Shown here in pieces: positions 1 to 9,707 of a stretch of 64,000 bases of DNA; position 1 is the stretch's first letter; every line of letters begins with the position of its first letter. Both the position numbers and the translations under genes were made by a program. The DNA comes from Candidatus Parcubacteria bacterium (GTDB lineage Bacteria > Patescibacteriota > Minisyncoccia > UBA6257 > 2-01-FULL-56-20): contig DAIDJL010000004.1 in assembly GCA_027450205.1 (NCBI GenBank), positions 204,413-268,412 of the forward strand, given 5' to 3'. The notes beneath the pieces are model-generated. The model had not been told where the DNA came from. It ran no database searches and worked only from the letters and a program-made list of their open reading frames with translations.

Positions 1-827
1 TTAAGGAAATATCCCGCAAGGTCAACCGCCACCTCGAGATAGCCGCCAGGATCGTTCCGCAGATCTAATACAATTCCTTGCGCATTATTATCCACTGCCT
101 TTTGCAGCGCGTTATAGAACAATCCATCGGCGTCCTGCGTGAACTCGTTCAGCTGAATGTATGCAATATCGCCTTTCATGGAAAACTCCACGGTCGGCAC
201 CTGGATATTTGCCCGGGTGATCGTGAAATCCTTCGGTTTGCTCCACCCCTGGCGGTAGATGCTCAGCGTAACGTTCGTCCCCACCGTACCGCGAATAAGG
301 TTGACCGCGTCATCCACGTTCATGCCGGCAGTCGAGCTGCCGTTGATGGCAACGATGACATCCTCCGGCTTCAACCCTGCTTTCGCCGCGGGAGTACCGG
401 TAAGCGGCGAGATGATCACGATCTCCGTGCTGGTGTTCTCGCCAAGCTCGGCGCCAATGCCGCCGAAGTTGCCGGTGATATCCTGTTGGAATTGATTGCT
501 GTCGGCGGGAGTGAAAAATTCCGTATACGGATCACCGAGCGATGCCACCATGCCGCTTATCGCGCCATACATCCGTTCCTGCGGCGTCGTGCTCGGGACC
601 CAAAGCGAATCATTGTTGATATCCTGCCAGGCCGCCCAAAACGTGCTGAAATCCGCCACGCTGGACGATGCGCCCGGCTGGATGTTCACCGCGTCGCTTA
701 TTACAATATTCTTTGGATAGCTCCTTCCCGCATTCCACCCTATCCAGACACCGCTTCCGATAAGGATCGCACCCAAAACTACGACCGCAATAATCTCCAA
801 GATACGCTTTTTTAACTCTTTGGTCAT
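1..827 (-). CDS. ctpA: Carboxyl-terminal processing protease (S41 family, PDZ domain), N-terminal ~275 aa. The gene continues beyond the window start.
   Basis: Minus-strand translation from the ATG at 827..825 gives MTKELKKRILEIIAVVVLG... with a PDZ motif (GIGAELG, ISPLTGTPAAKAGL) and an S41 motif (VLDLRNDPGG). The + strand ORF 78..815 is its shadow. Confidence 0.85.
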   Translation of the reverse strand, partial: MTKELKKRILEIIAVVVLGAILIGSGVWIGWNAGRSYPKNIVISDAVNIQPGASSSVADFSTFWAAWQDINNDSLWVPSTTPQERMYGAISGMVASLGDPYTEFFTPADSNQFQQDITGNFGGIGAELGENTSTEIVIISPLTGTPAAKAGLKPEDVIVAINGSSTAGMNVDDAVNLIRGTVGTNVTLSIYRQGWSKPKDFTITRANIQVPTVEFSMKGDIAYIQLNEFTQDADGLFYNALQKAVDNNAQGIVLDLRNDPGGYLEVAVDLAGYFL

Positions 828-911
828 AGGGTTCAGTTTATCACTGATGGCAAATTAAAAAAAGGTAAAGGGCGGCTTTCAAAAAGCGGCAAAAATAGGT
901 AAAATAGAGCC

Positions 912-1217
912 ATGGCACGGATGCAGGAGAAATATATGGATGAGCTCAAGCGCCGTGGTAAAGAATCGCATGTATATAAGAAATACCAGCTTATCGGCCT
1001 TGAGATCGCAAAATTATTGGGCGATGAAATGCATAAAGCGCTCTATATCAAGCTCGCAAAGGAAAATGACGCCGACACGCTCATGCGGCTTGCCAAAGAC
1101 ATCGCCGAACGGACGAATGTAAAAAATAAAGGGGCATATTTCATGGCAATGCTCAAGGAGCGAAACACAAAACCCGCCGCCACCCCCGCCAAGAAATCCA
1201 TATTAAGATCCAAATAA
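912..1217 (+). CDS. Small hypothetical protein (101 aa, Lys/Glu-rich, helical)
   Basis: The ORF has coding-like composition but no recognisable motif. Confidence 0.4.
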   Translation: MARMQEKYMDELKRRGKESHVYKKYQLIGLEIAKLLGDEMHKALYIKLAKENDADTLMRLAKDIAERTNVKNKGAYFMAMLKERNTKPAATPAKKSILRSK

Positions 1218-1218
1218 T

Positions 1219-1725
1219 ATGATATCCGAGATCGTCACCATCGCCCAAAAAAAAGATGAGAAGTTCTTGCGGAGGAAAACCGTTCCGTTCGATTTCAAAA
1301 AATTCACACGCAAGGAAGTGAACGACCTGATCGTGCGCATGCGCCGCGCGATGCATCTGGCGAACGGCATCGGATTGTCCGCGAATCAGATCGGGCTTAC
1401 ATTTTCGGTGTTCGTTGCGGAGATTCCCGATGCGCAAGGCGGCACGAAATTTTATGCGGTGTTCAATCCGAAGCTGGAGAAGGCCGGCAAAGAGACGATC
1501 ACATTCGAGGAAGGATGCCTGAGCGTTCCCGGTAAATGGGGCGAGGTCACGCGTGCGGAACAGATCGTCATTTCCGGCTATAACAAAATGGGCAAGCCGG
1601 TAAAAGTGAAAGCATGGGGACTGCTCTCGCGCATCTTCCAGCACGAGATGGACCACCTGAATGGAAAGCTTTTTATCGATCGCGCAAAGAAGGTCTATAC
1701 TTCGGAGCAAACGCAAGAAAAATGA
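1219..1725 (+). CDS. def: Peptide deformylase
   Basis: All three PDF motifs are present: GIGLSANQIG, EGCLSVPG and QHEMDHLNG. Confidence 0.95.
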   Translation: MISEIVTIAQKKDEKFLRRKTVPFDFKKFTRKEVNDLIVRMRRAMHLANGIGLSANQIGLTFSVFVAEIPDAQGGTKFYAVFNPKLEKAGKETITFEEGCLSVPGKWGEVTRAEQIVISGYNKMGKPVKVKAWGLLSRIFQHEMDHLNGKLFIDRAKKVYTSEQTQEK

Positions 1726-2609
1726 TCATGGCAGCCGCCGATAAAAAATTCGCTCCCCCGAAGTTCGTCTTCTTTGGAACGCCGCGGTTTGCGGAGCTCG
1801 TACTTAAGGGACTTGTCAGTGCCGGATTCGTTCCCGCCGCGCTCGTGTGCAATCCCGACCGTCCGCTCGGCCGGAAGCAGGTCGTCACTCCCCCGCCAAC
1901 GAAGCGCTTCATCATGGAGAACGGATTGCTCACGGCGATCCTCCAGCCGGAAAAATTGGATGATGGATTCATCGCGCAATTACGGGCGCTTCAACCTGAT
2001 TTTTTCGTGGTTGCTGCATTCGCAAAGATCATTCCTTCCGCCGTACTGGATCTCGCGCGTATGGGCGTGCTCGGAACCCATCCGTCGCTTCTTCCCGCAT
2101 ATCGCGGCGCATCCCCCATCCAATCGGCCATCCTTGCAGGCGACACAAAGACCGGAGCAACCATCTATTTGATGGATGCAAAAATGGACCATGGCCCGAT
2201 ATTCGCCCAGGCCGAAGTACCGCTTGATGCACTTACCACAGATTATGTATCGCTCGAGGAACAGCTGGCAAAACTTTCGGCGGAACTGCTTGTCCGCACG
2301 ATCCCGTCGTTGCTTAACGGCACCGTTGCGCCGCGATCGCAGGACGAATCAAGCGCCACGTTCACAAAAAAATTCGTCACCGATAACGGATTCATTGAAT
2401 ACTCCGAGCTTGATGCCGCGATCGCGGGAAACAGCGACAAAGCGGAACTTATCTTACGCACCATTCACGCGCTCACGCCGGAACCGGGTTGCTGGACGAT
2501 CAAAGATAGCAAACGCATAAAACTGCTCGAAGCGCGCATGGATGGATCCGCGTTAAAGCTTTTAACAATACAAGAGGAAGGCGGCCGACCTAAAAGTGCC
2601 GGGGTTTAA
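1722..2609 (+). CDS. fmt: Methionyl-tRNA formyltransferase
   Basis: The start ATG overlaps the def stop as ATGA. Motifs VFFGTPRFA and HPSLLPAYRGASPIQ are present. The gene is partnered with def in the classic way. Confidence 0.9.
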   Translation: MIMAAADKKFAPPKFVFFGTPRFAELVLKGLVSAGFVPAALVCNPDRPLGRKQVVTPPPTKRFIMENGLLTAILQPEKLDDGFIAQLRALQPDFFVVAAFAKIIPSAVLDLARMGVLGTHPSLLPAYRGASPIQSAILAGDTKTGATIYLMDAKMDHGPIFAQAEVPLDALTTDYVSLEEQLAKLSAELLVRTIPSLLNGTVAPRSQDESSATFTKKFVTDNGFIEYSELDAAIAGNSDKAELILRTIHALTPEPGCWTIKDSKRIKLLEARMDGSALKLLTIQEEGGRPKSAGV

Positions 2610-2610
2610 G

Positions 2611-3240
2611 CTATTTTATTTTTTTTGCTGCCTCGAACGTTGCATTCACCGCTGCCCAATCAACGACGTTCCACCAGGCATCAATATAATCTGGGCGCTT
2701 ATTTTGATACTTCAGATAGTAGGCGTGTTCCCAAACGTCAAGGCCAAGCACCGGCGTCTGTTGATTCATGAGCGGACTATCCTGATTCGGCGTTGAGGTG
2801 ATCATGAACTTTCCGTCCTTGTCAGCCACAAGCCACGCCCAGCCGGAACCAAACACGCCCGCCGCCGCCTTAGTGAATAATTCTTTGAATTGCCCAAAGT
2901 CGCTGAACGCGGTCTTGATCTCCGCCGCCACGCGGCCGGTAGGTTCATTGCTCGCATCGGCCTTCATTGGTCCCATGGTGGTCCAAAAGAACGAATGATT
3001 GCTGTGCCCGCCGCCATGATTACGCACCGCCGTGCGGATATCCTCCGGCACCGCGCCCAGATTGCCAAGCAGCTCTTCAAGCGGCTTATCCGCCAATTCG
3101 GGATGTTTTTCAAGCGCCTCATTAAGTTTGTTCACGTACGTCTGGTGATGCTTTGTATAATGGATCTCCATCGTCTTTGCGTCGATATATGGCTCAAGCG
3201 CGTCATAAGCATACGGAAGTTTTGGGAGTTCGTATTTCAT
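2611..3240 (-). CDS. sod: Fe/Mn superoxide dismutase
   Basis: Motifs HYTKHHQTY and DVWEHAYY are present, together with the metal-ligand His/Asp pattern. It is convergent with fmt, with a 1-nt gap. Confidence 0.95.
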   Translation of the reverse strand: MKYELPKLPYAYDALEPYIDAKTMEIHYTKHHQTYVNKLNEALEKHPELADKPLEELLGNLGAVPEDIRTAVRNHGGGHSNHSFFWTTMGPMKADASNEPTGRVAAEIKTAFSDFGQFKELFTKAAAGVFGSGWAWLVADKDGKFMITSTPNQDSPLMNQQTPVLGLDVWEHAYYLKYQNKRPDYIDAWWNVVDWAAVNATFEAAKKIK

Positions 3241-3264
3241 GATGTTAGTTTAAATAATTATTTG

Positions 3265-3293
3265 TTGGCTTGCGACCGCACCTCCTTTATAAT
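3265..3293 (+). promoter_or_regulatory. Sigma70-like promoter for tRNA-Gln (TTGGCT, 17 nt spacer, TATAAT)
   Basis: The hexamers were read directly, about 40 nt upstream of the tRNA 5' end. Confidence 0.3.
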
Positions 3294-3330
3294 ACATTAT
3301 ACAGGTCGTTTCGTGCCAGAGTTCGCATAT

Positions 3331-3401
3331 TGGGAGATCGTCTAACGGTAGGACAGGGGCCTTTGAAGCCCTCAATCTAGGTTCGATTCCTAGTCTCCCA
3401 G
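3331..3401 (+). tRNA. tRNA-Gln (anticodon UUG)
   Basis: It folds as a cloverleaf. The acceptor is UGGGAGA/UCUCCCA, the T-arm is CTAGG-TTCGATT-CCTAG, and the anticodon loop cuUUGaa has U33 and A37. CCA is not encoded. Confidence 0.85.
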
Positions 3402-3486
3402 CAGTCTAGTACAAGGTGTTAAACGCCCAGGAAGGGTGGGTTTATTAAGGTTAATTTTTATTCCAAAAAAGATGTAAAATTAAGCC

Positions 3487-6400
3487 ATGGAAATTAAAAA
3501 TTTCAGCTTTTTAAAAGATGAGCCTATTACCCCGGGGACGGTTGGATATTTTGAGTTTTATCATAAATATTTTTCCCCGGCCCTAAAAGATATGATTCTC
3601 TCAGATTCATGTCCCCATACTATTGGACTTTTTAGTAAATGGGGCACTGGCAAAAGTTCGATCATTGATCAATTAAAAACTGATCTCCCTAAGAATATTG
3701 CAAAAGTTTTTATTTTTGACGCTTGGAAATATCAAGAAGATTCGCTGCGCCGAACCTTTCTTATTAAATTTGAAGAATTTCTAAAAAGAGAGGGGTACAC
3801 CATTCCACTGGACGCTCTTTCTGGTTTTTATAAGAATAGGAGCAGTTCTACTTCTAGAAGTGGAAATATAAATTCCGAAAATACTGTAAAGGGCTGGCGA
3901 AGAGTGGGTGCCTTTTTCAAATCATATTGGCAGGTTTTGGTTTTTTTGGTTTTGCCCTTAGTGATTTTAGGAACTTTTAACGTATTACTTGCCTATCACC
4001 CTAGCAATGATTTTTTAATTGGGGTTAAGAATTTTTGTGTTTATTTAACGACGCTGTCGTGGTTTGTTTTCTTTTTAAAGCCAGTAGCCGATAAATTTCT
4101 AGATAAAATTAGCGGGAACATTTTCGCTTCAACCAAACAATATACAGAAATTCGCACTCAGATCGAAGAAGAGGAAAGATTGAATTCTCCCGAACAATTT
4201 GAAGCTGTTTTTAATAAACTGATCAGCCATGTTGATGATAAATTAGTGATCGTATTTGATAATATTGATCGCGTTCACGGAGATGTCGCCCTAAAAACCC
4301 TCTCAACTATAAAAACCTTTTTGGATCCAGAAGAAAAATCTAAGGTTGTTTTTGTAGTTCCTTGCGACTCGGATGCAATAAACCAACAGATTAAGGCATT
4401 TTATAAAAATGAAATCGACGAAAATTTCGACGAGTCCGAATATCTCAAAAAGTTATTCAATGTGATTATATACACTCCAGAATTCATCGACGACGATATT
4501 TATCAATACGCAAATGACCTAATCGCGGAAACTGGAGATCTTAAAGATTTACTTTCAAATGAACAAATCTTTTTAGTTATAAAATCTGCATTTAAAAACA
4601 ATCCAAGAGAAATTAAGCAATTTATTAACAATCTCATTGCTGTAATACTAGTCGTTTCTAAAAGTGAAGTTTCAGAATTATTGTTAAATTCTGATGCAAT
4701 TGGTTTTTTAGCAAAAGTTACTGTTTTGAAACAAAAATTTCCTGAAGCTTACAAAAAATTAAAGGAGAATTGGAGCGATCCACAAGGCGTATTAAGCGAA
4801 CATTCGAGTTCTAATTTAAAAGATTTTTTAACTTTAACGAGTGTTGTTACAACTAATAACGCTGAACCATATATCTATTTTAAGGCTCCACAAATAGAAA
4901 GAGATCTCAATGATTCTGTTGGTATTCGAAAAACATTAATCGAAGGAAATGTCGAAGAATTTGAAAAACTTGCCGCAACCGAAACAAAGAAAGATAAATT
5001 AATTCGTTTTATTGGCAGACTTTTATCTAATTACAAGTCTCAGCCACTAATTTTATTTCAAATTTTTAAGACACAGTTACAAGGATTGGCGGATTTAAAT
5101 GAACAAAGTTCTGCTCCAGACTTTCTCAACAACTGCATAGATGCTATTGAAGCAATTTGGAATAATTACCTGAAATTACCTCCAGGTCTGATATTTGATC
5201 TTTTAATAAAGAGCAATGATCACAAAAGGCGAGAATCAATCTTTGATCGCTATGTTCTTGCCCTAGGTACGGAAGAAATAAAGATCGAAGAAAATAAAAT
5301 ATATCTTCATGATTTAATCAATGAATTAATTAGGAATGAAAGATACCTTACTGCTACTCACCAGCTAGCAATTATGGATGCGATAAGACAAAATCTGGTC
5401 GGGCGAGACGATATTTTACTTCAATTCACCACCCTAGACATTCAAACAAAATTTATAGCTCCTGAGAATCTTAGGAGGATAATTCAAGAAGCTCTAAATA
5501 ACAGAACATTGAAGCATTATTTGGCTATTTTAGATTTATATAAAGAATATATTGGTGTTAATAACTTAGGTCCAAATCTTATCAGTCGGATACCTCAGTT
5601 GATTTCTTTAGAAAATAGCGAAATGCCGAATGCATCACCACGAAAACTTGAGTTTCACGATGCCCTTCTACAAATATTTACCAATTTTGCCAGTTATATC
5701 AAAGATATTCCTCCGGCTCAACAACAAGAAATATTCAATGGTTTGAATACTACCTATCAACAAGTCGGACAAGATCAGTCGATCCTTGCCAAGATAACGA
5801 ATTCCCTTCGTTGGCTCTCGTTAAGGACTACTGACGCTAATACAAAAACCCAGGCAGATGCAAAGGTTAATGCCTTTATATCTCAAGTCGATGGAACCGG
5901 TATGAAGTTGACCTTGAAATACTGGAGTTCAAAATCAAAGATAGCTTTTATAAATAATTACTTTGATTCCATTAAAGCGAGGGCTAATGTAGACGATTCT
6001 GTTCTTATGGAGGTATACGAAGTGGCCGATGAAAGCCAAAAAATAACTTTGATTGATTACATTATAAAAAATCGAGGCGATTCCGGTCTCGGATTCCTAC
6101 AAAAAATTGGTAACTCCCTACCGGATCGAATTAAAATTATCAACCTACTTTTATCAAAAGCTGAGGTGTTAGCCATTCAAGATAGAAAAGGTATTTTTGA
6201 CTATCTGCGAAACAAAATAGATGGAAATGATGACGCGACAGTAAAGCAGACCGCCATTAAGGAGTTCTTAAATTTCCTAAAATCTAAGAATCAAGATTTG
6301 ATTCAATTTGGTACTAGCTTGCTTAACGAACCGTTTTTGAATGATTCCGATCATAGAGAAATCACTAAAGAAATGTTGGCGTTTTACAATAACCCCCCCG

Positions 6401-6762
6401 ACATTCTTCAAAAACACGATCTTAGTTTTATTGACTATTTAATTCGGATAGAAGCGAAACTCCAAAACCCTCTAAAGGAAACTCTTGTATATTTAATTTT
6501 TAAAAATATTAGTCCAGACAGACCTTTTGAAATTATCCCCGCATTAATAGAAGATATCTCCTTGCTCAAGCCTAATTCTGATAAATATGAAAAGGATTAT
6601 AGTGATTTAATTGGGCGTGTAAGCGCATGGACTCCTCCAGATCAAAAGCTCCTCATAGTTCAGCAATTAAACGAGGCCATGAAAGGCATTCCGGGTAAAA
6701 AAACTAAGGATTATATTGCGATCCTAGAAAAACTTGTAAGTGCTGAGAAAGAAGCTAACTAA
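3487..6762 (+). CDS. KAP-family P-loop NTPase (1091 aa) with a large C-terminal alpha-helical domain
   Basis: The Walker A is KAP-type, IGLFSKWGTGKSS. Two TM helices are inserted into the NTPase domain. The Walker B is LVIVFDNIDRV. The gene is very AT-rich. Confidence 0.8.
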   Translation: MEIKNFSFLKDEPITPGTVGYFEFYHKYFSPALKDMILSDSCPHTIGLFSKWGTGKSSIIDQLKTDLPKNIAKVFIFDAWKYQEDSLRRTFLIKFEEFLKREGYTIPLDALSGFYKNRSSSTSRSGNINSENTVKGWRRVGAFFKSYWQVLVFLVLPLVILGTFNVLLAYHPSNDFLIGVKNFCVYLTTLSWFVFFLKPVADKFLDKISGNIFASTKQYTEIRTQIEEEERLNSPEQFEAVFNKLISHVDDKLVIVFDNIDRVHGDVALKTLSTIKTFLDPEEKSKVVFVVPCDSDAINQQIKAFYKNEIDENFDESEYLKKLFNVIIYTPEFIDDDIYQYANDLIAETGDLKDLLSNEQIFLVIKSAFKNNPREIKQFINNLIAVILVVSKSEVSELLLNSDAIGFLAKVTVLKQKFPEAYKKLKENWSDPQGVLSEHSSSNLKDFLTLTSVVTTNNAEPYIYFKAPQIERDLNDSVGIRKTLIEGNVEEFEKLAATETKKDKLIRFIGRLLSNYKSQPLILFQIFKTQLQGLADLNEQSSAPDFLNNCIDAIEAIWNNYLKLPPGLIFDLLIKSNDHKRRESIFDRYVLALGTEEIKIEENKIYLHDLINELIRNERYLTATHQLAIMDAIRQNLVGRDDILLQFTTLDIQTKFIAPENLRRIIQEALNNRTLKHYLAILDLYKEYIGVNNLGPNLISRIPQLISLENSEMPNASPRKLEFHDALLQIFTNFASYIKDIPPAQQQEIFNGLNTTYQQVGQDQSILAKITNSLRWLSLRTTDANTKTQADAKVNAFISQVDGTGMKLTLKYWSSKSKIAFINNYFDSIKARANVDDSVLMEVYEVADESQKITLIDYIIKNRGDSGLGFLQKIGNSLPDRIKIINLLLSKAEVLAIQDRKGIFDYLRNKIDGNDDATVKQTAIKEFLNFLKSKNQDLIQFGTSLLNEPFLNDSDHREITKEMLAFYNNPPDILQKHDLSFIDYLIRIEAKLQNPLKETLVYLIFKNISPDRPFEIIPALIEDISLLKPNSDKYEKDYSDLIGRVSAWTPPDQKLLIVQQLNEAMKGIPGKKTKDYIAILEKLVSAEKEAN

Positions 6763-8089
6763 TTTCATCGAGCATAATAGTTTTTTCGATTAAAACTAAC
6801 TTTGATTTGATTGTATTTAATAGTTTCCTCTTTTCGGGTATCGATCCATCTTCAAGAATATATTTGCTGTAATTTCTAATATCGATATCTTTAGCTCTGC
6901 AATCTTCGATCGATCGACCAAGAATATTGAAGTGGAATTTTTTATGTCGCTCAATTTCCAATTCAAGGTTTTTTCTGATGCCAGATCGATCTAAATCAAT
7001 TTTATTGATTAATTGAACCAATTGGTTAATTAGAGAGCGTTCTTCAATATAGAATTCCTTACAATTAATGTCCTTGGCACGGGTACATCCATAGTAAATA
7101 TATTTTGAGACTTCTCCATTTTTAAGTTTTTTATATTTATCCTGCGCCGTAACCCCTGAGCCACATTTCCCACAAAACATTAATTTCGTAAAAGCGAATT
7201 CCTTGTTAACTCTCGGCGCCTTCCGCTGAAGATCTAGCTGCTCCTGCGCTTCGTCAAAAAGCTCTTTAGAGATGATCGGCTGATGTTTGCCCTGATACCA
7301 TCTTCCGCTTCCCCGTGGATATTCAAATGTGCCGTGATAGAAATGATTATTAAGCAACGTGTAGACATTGCTAATGGTAAATGACTTTCCGTTTCGTGAT
7401 ACAAAGCCCGTTTCTTTGAGCCAGCGATATATCTTCCGGCCACTCCAGCCACCGTGAGCTACTTTCGTAAATATCTCTTTCACGATAGGAGCGCGGATCG
7501 GATCGAGGAATATCTGTCCTTTCTGGTCGACGTTCTTTGAGTTGAAATATCCCGTGGGAGCAACCGACGGCCAGAGTCCCATCTCGCACTTTGTTTTGAG
7601 CCCTCGCTTCACATTGATGCTCTTGTTGTCATTCTCTAGCTTTGCTTGAGAACCGAGAATCATGAGCAGGAATTTCTCGTTTGGATTATTCGTAAATCGC
7701 TGGCTGTGGGTTTTGATTTCGATGAGCTTCTTTTGGTCGAGAAGATCAACGAGGGCGCCGAGGTCACCGGCGTTACGACTCAAACGATCGGGATGCCACA
7801 CAAGAATGGCGTCGAACTTCCCCTCCCGGATATCCGCGAGGAGCTTATTGAATACTGGGCGCTGCCCACAGTCTTTGGCCGAGTGGGATTCCTTATAAAT
7901 GTCGATTACGTTCAAATTGTCCCGTTGGGCCACAAGTAGCATCTCTTTGGTCTGGGAATCGATCGACAAGGCCTGTTTTTCCTCCGCCTCGCTCGATTTA
8001 CGGGCATACAGGCAGTATTGGAGGGGTTGTGCCGTAACTGGCTGTGGACCGCTTATTTGGGCTCCCTGCAGTGGTGTTGTATATTCCAT
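6755..8089 (-). CDS. Large serine recombinase (resolvase/integrase family)
   Basis: A YARKSS catalytic-Ser region, a DRLSRN motif, a recombinase domain and a C-terminal zinc ribbon (CGKCGSG...YYGC) are present. Its 3' end overlaps the KAP gene convergently by 8 nt. Confidence 0.9.
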   Translation of the reverse strand: MEYTTPLQGAQISGPQPVTAQPLQYCLYARKSSEAEEKQALSIDSQTKEMLLVAQRDNLNVIDIYKESHSAKDCGQRPVFNKLLADIREGKFDAILVWHPDRLSRNAGDLGALVDLLDQKKLIEIKTHSQRFTNNPNEKFLLMILGSQAKLENDNKSINVKRGLKTKCEMGLWPSVAPTGYFNSKNVDQKGQIFLDPIRAPIVKEIFTKVAHGGWSGRKIYRWLKETGFVSRNGKSFTISNVYTLLNNHFYHGTFEYPRGSGRWYQGKHQPIISKELFDEAQEQLDLQRKAPRVNKEFAFTKLMFCGKCGSGVTAQDKYKKLKNGEVSKYIYYGCTRAKDINCKEFYIEERSLINQLVQLINKIDLDRSGIRKNLELEIERHKKFHFNILGRSIEDCRAKDIDIRNYSKYILEDGSIPEKRKLLNTIKSKLVLIEKTIMLDEIS

Positions 8090-8154
8090 ACCAACAACAA
8101 AGCCCGAGGCAGGTTTATAAGTCCAGCGGGCGAAGTGGATAACTTACTAAGCGG

Positions 8155-8829
8155 CTAAAGTGGTTTGGTGAGGGGTAAACCTTCAGACATTATATAAGTT
8201 AAAAATTCTCTCCCGAGAGGGGTGATAGTCGCCATGCCGGTAGTCTGCCATTCTTCAACTGGGGGCAAAGCCACAAGACCAGCATTCTTAAGATAATTTA
8301 AGTAGTCGGCGAACGGATAATTCCTGATTGTTGGATATTGCACTGCGGCATTCATATAAAACTGAGTTGCGTTAACTATCCTCATGCCGGCGGGAGTAGC
8401 GTTAAGCAGAGACAATAAGCTAAGCTGGCTGCCAAAAATATTACTATAGATCCTTTCAAACAATGTCTTCTTCCCTTGCTGAAGTAGCGCACCTTGTAAT
8501 TGAGCTATGCTGGTGCGCAAGCTTTCAGTAGACGCCTCGCTGTTCCTTTGTTCTTCAATTGGAAATGTTTCCACGCCTGAAGATCCTATTGATTTTATTC
8601 TCCGAATAAAAAGATCAACTGCCTCTTTATGTCCAAGCAAAATCAATAGGAAAATAATTAAGATTACGGCGGGCCATGAACTGAGAATTAATTTAAGATA
8701 GGTATCTAATATTTTCGAAATTTCTAAAATTTGCTGATGATAAAGTTTTCCGAAGACCACCAAAATAAAGGCGAGCAGGCCGGGATACCAGCTCGCCTTC
8801 AAAAAGCTTTTAACACCAGATCGTACCAT
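8155..8829 (-). CDS. Hypothetical membrane protein (2 N-terminal TM helices plus a soluble C-terminal domain)
   Basis: The ORF lies 52 nt downstream of the XRE gene on the same strand. It is AT-rich. Confidence 0.5.
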   Translation of the reverse strand: MVRSGVKSFLKASWYPGLLAFILVVFGKLYHQQILEISKILDTYLKLILSSWPAVILIIFLLILLGHKEAVDLFIRRIKSIGSSGVETFPIEEQRNSEASTESLRTSIAQLQGALLQQGKKTLFERIYSNIFGSQLSLLSLLNATPAGMRIVNATQFYMNAAVQYPTIRNYPFADYLNYLKNAGLVALPPVEEWQTTGMATITPLGREFLTYIMSEGLPLTKPL

Positions 8830-8881
8830 GCTTAAAGCATAAACCTAAACCGCCGAATTGTTAAAGTCGATGGAGATACTT

Positions 8882-9103
8882 TTACTTCAAAAAATATGAA
8901 ATCGGCTTCCCGTAAAGCTGAGCAAAGCGCTTGAGCTCGATCACATCAACCCGTTGCTGGCCTGATTCAATGTTTGAAATATGAGACTGCGGCCTGCCAA
9001 TTTTCTTTGCAGCCTGCACCTGAGTAAGGCCGGCGTCGAGTCGGGCTTTGCGCAAACGCTCCACAAAATAGGCATATTCCTTAGTCTGGATTGACTTGGT
9101 CAT
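8882..9103 (-). CDS. XRE-family HTH transcriptional regulator (Cro/CI-like)
   Basis: The motif LTQVQAAKKIGRPQSHISNIESGQQ is a classic XRE helix-turn-helix. Confidence 0.85.
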   Translation of the reverse strand: MTKSIQTKEYAYFVERLRKARLDAGLTQVQAAKKIGRPQSHISNIESGQQRVDVIELKRFAQLYGKPISYFLK

Positions 9104-9114
9104 TACCTCAACGC

Positions 9115-9149
9115 TATATCCAGACTTTCAATATCCAAACTTTGGATAT
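9115..9149. promoter_or_regulatory. Operator-like site: a 9-1-9 perfect palindrome ATATCCAAAcTTTGGATAT plus an upstream half-site ATATCCAGACTTT
   Basis: The site lies 12-46 nt upstream of the XRE start codon, in a divergent intergenic region. Confidence 0.4.
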
Positions 9150-9237
9150 TATGCTAAGCTAGCGGAAAAGGGCCTTAAAACCGGAGTGGATAACTCTGAC
9201 TTGCAATTACCTGGACGTAAGCTCAAATGCAAAAGCT

Positions 9238-9510
9238 ATGAAAATAACCCTTAAGAAAGTTCTGTGGTTCGCCGCGTTCTGGGCTGTATTTCTGCTTGGT
9301 TGGTGGCGAGGCTGGCAACAGAGTCCTGATGCTACCCTGCTTCGGCAGGCATCGGGATTACAAGCGCAAATCGATAAATGCACGCTGGTAACTCAAAAAG
9401 CATGCTCGGATATAGAAGCCCAAGATAAAACACTGATTGAACTGGGCGCTCCGCCCTCACAGGTAACACTTCATTGTTCCTCAAGTTCACTATCTCAACC
9501 CCTCGAATGA
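9238..9510 (+). CDS. Small hypothetical membrane protein (90 aa, N-terminal TM)
   Basis: It has a hydrophobic N-terminus and is AT-rich. Confidence 0.35.
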   Translation: MKITLKKVLWFAAFWAVFLLGWWRGWQQSPDATLLRQASGLQAQIDKCTLVTQKACSDIEAQDKTLIELGAPPSQVTLHCSSSSLSQPLE

Positions 9511-9707
9511 TCATGAAAGCTATCACGAAAAAATGGATTGAACTTATAGTCGCAGCCACAATCCTCTATTGGATTGTTTCAGGGAGCGACGATCGCCAGC
9601 TTCTTATAGGATGTGCAATCGGGATTATTGTGCTTCTCTTTAAGGACACGATTCGAGATGAGTTCAAAAAAGCTCGCGAAGACGACAGACCAAATTATTC
9701 TCCCTGA
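9507..9707 (+). CDS. Small hypothetical membrane protein (~66 aa, 2 TM)
   Basis: There is an ATGA start/stop overlap with the previous ORF. The longer 9474 start overlaps that ORF. Confidence 0.35.
   Translation: MIMKAITKKWIELIVAATILYWIVSGSDDRQLLIGCAIGIIVLLFKDTIRDEFKKAREDDRPNYSP

Noticed and set aside
78-815. 245-aa + strand ORF at the window start
   Set aside because: It lies antisense inside the much better-supported S41 protease gene (PDZ and S41 motifs on the minus strand). It is a GC-rich shadow ORF.
2596-2613. Missing terminator between the convergent fmt and sod genes (1-nt gap)
   Set aside because: It is probably just tight packing with overlapping 3' UTRs. The T-rich run lies inside the sod coding end. 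It is not a distinct feature.
8090-8160. Possible attR-like echo of the tRNA-Gln 3' end (aggtttataagtccagc versus aggttcgattcctagtctcccagc) beside the recombinase start
   Set aside because: The similarity is weak and interrupted. Serine recombinases use short core sites with a 2-bp crossover, so long direct repeats are not expected. It is not reportable as an att site without a comparison genome.
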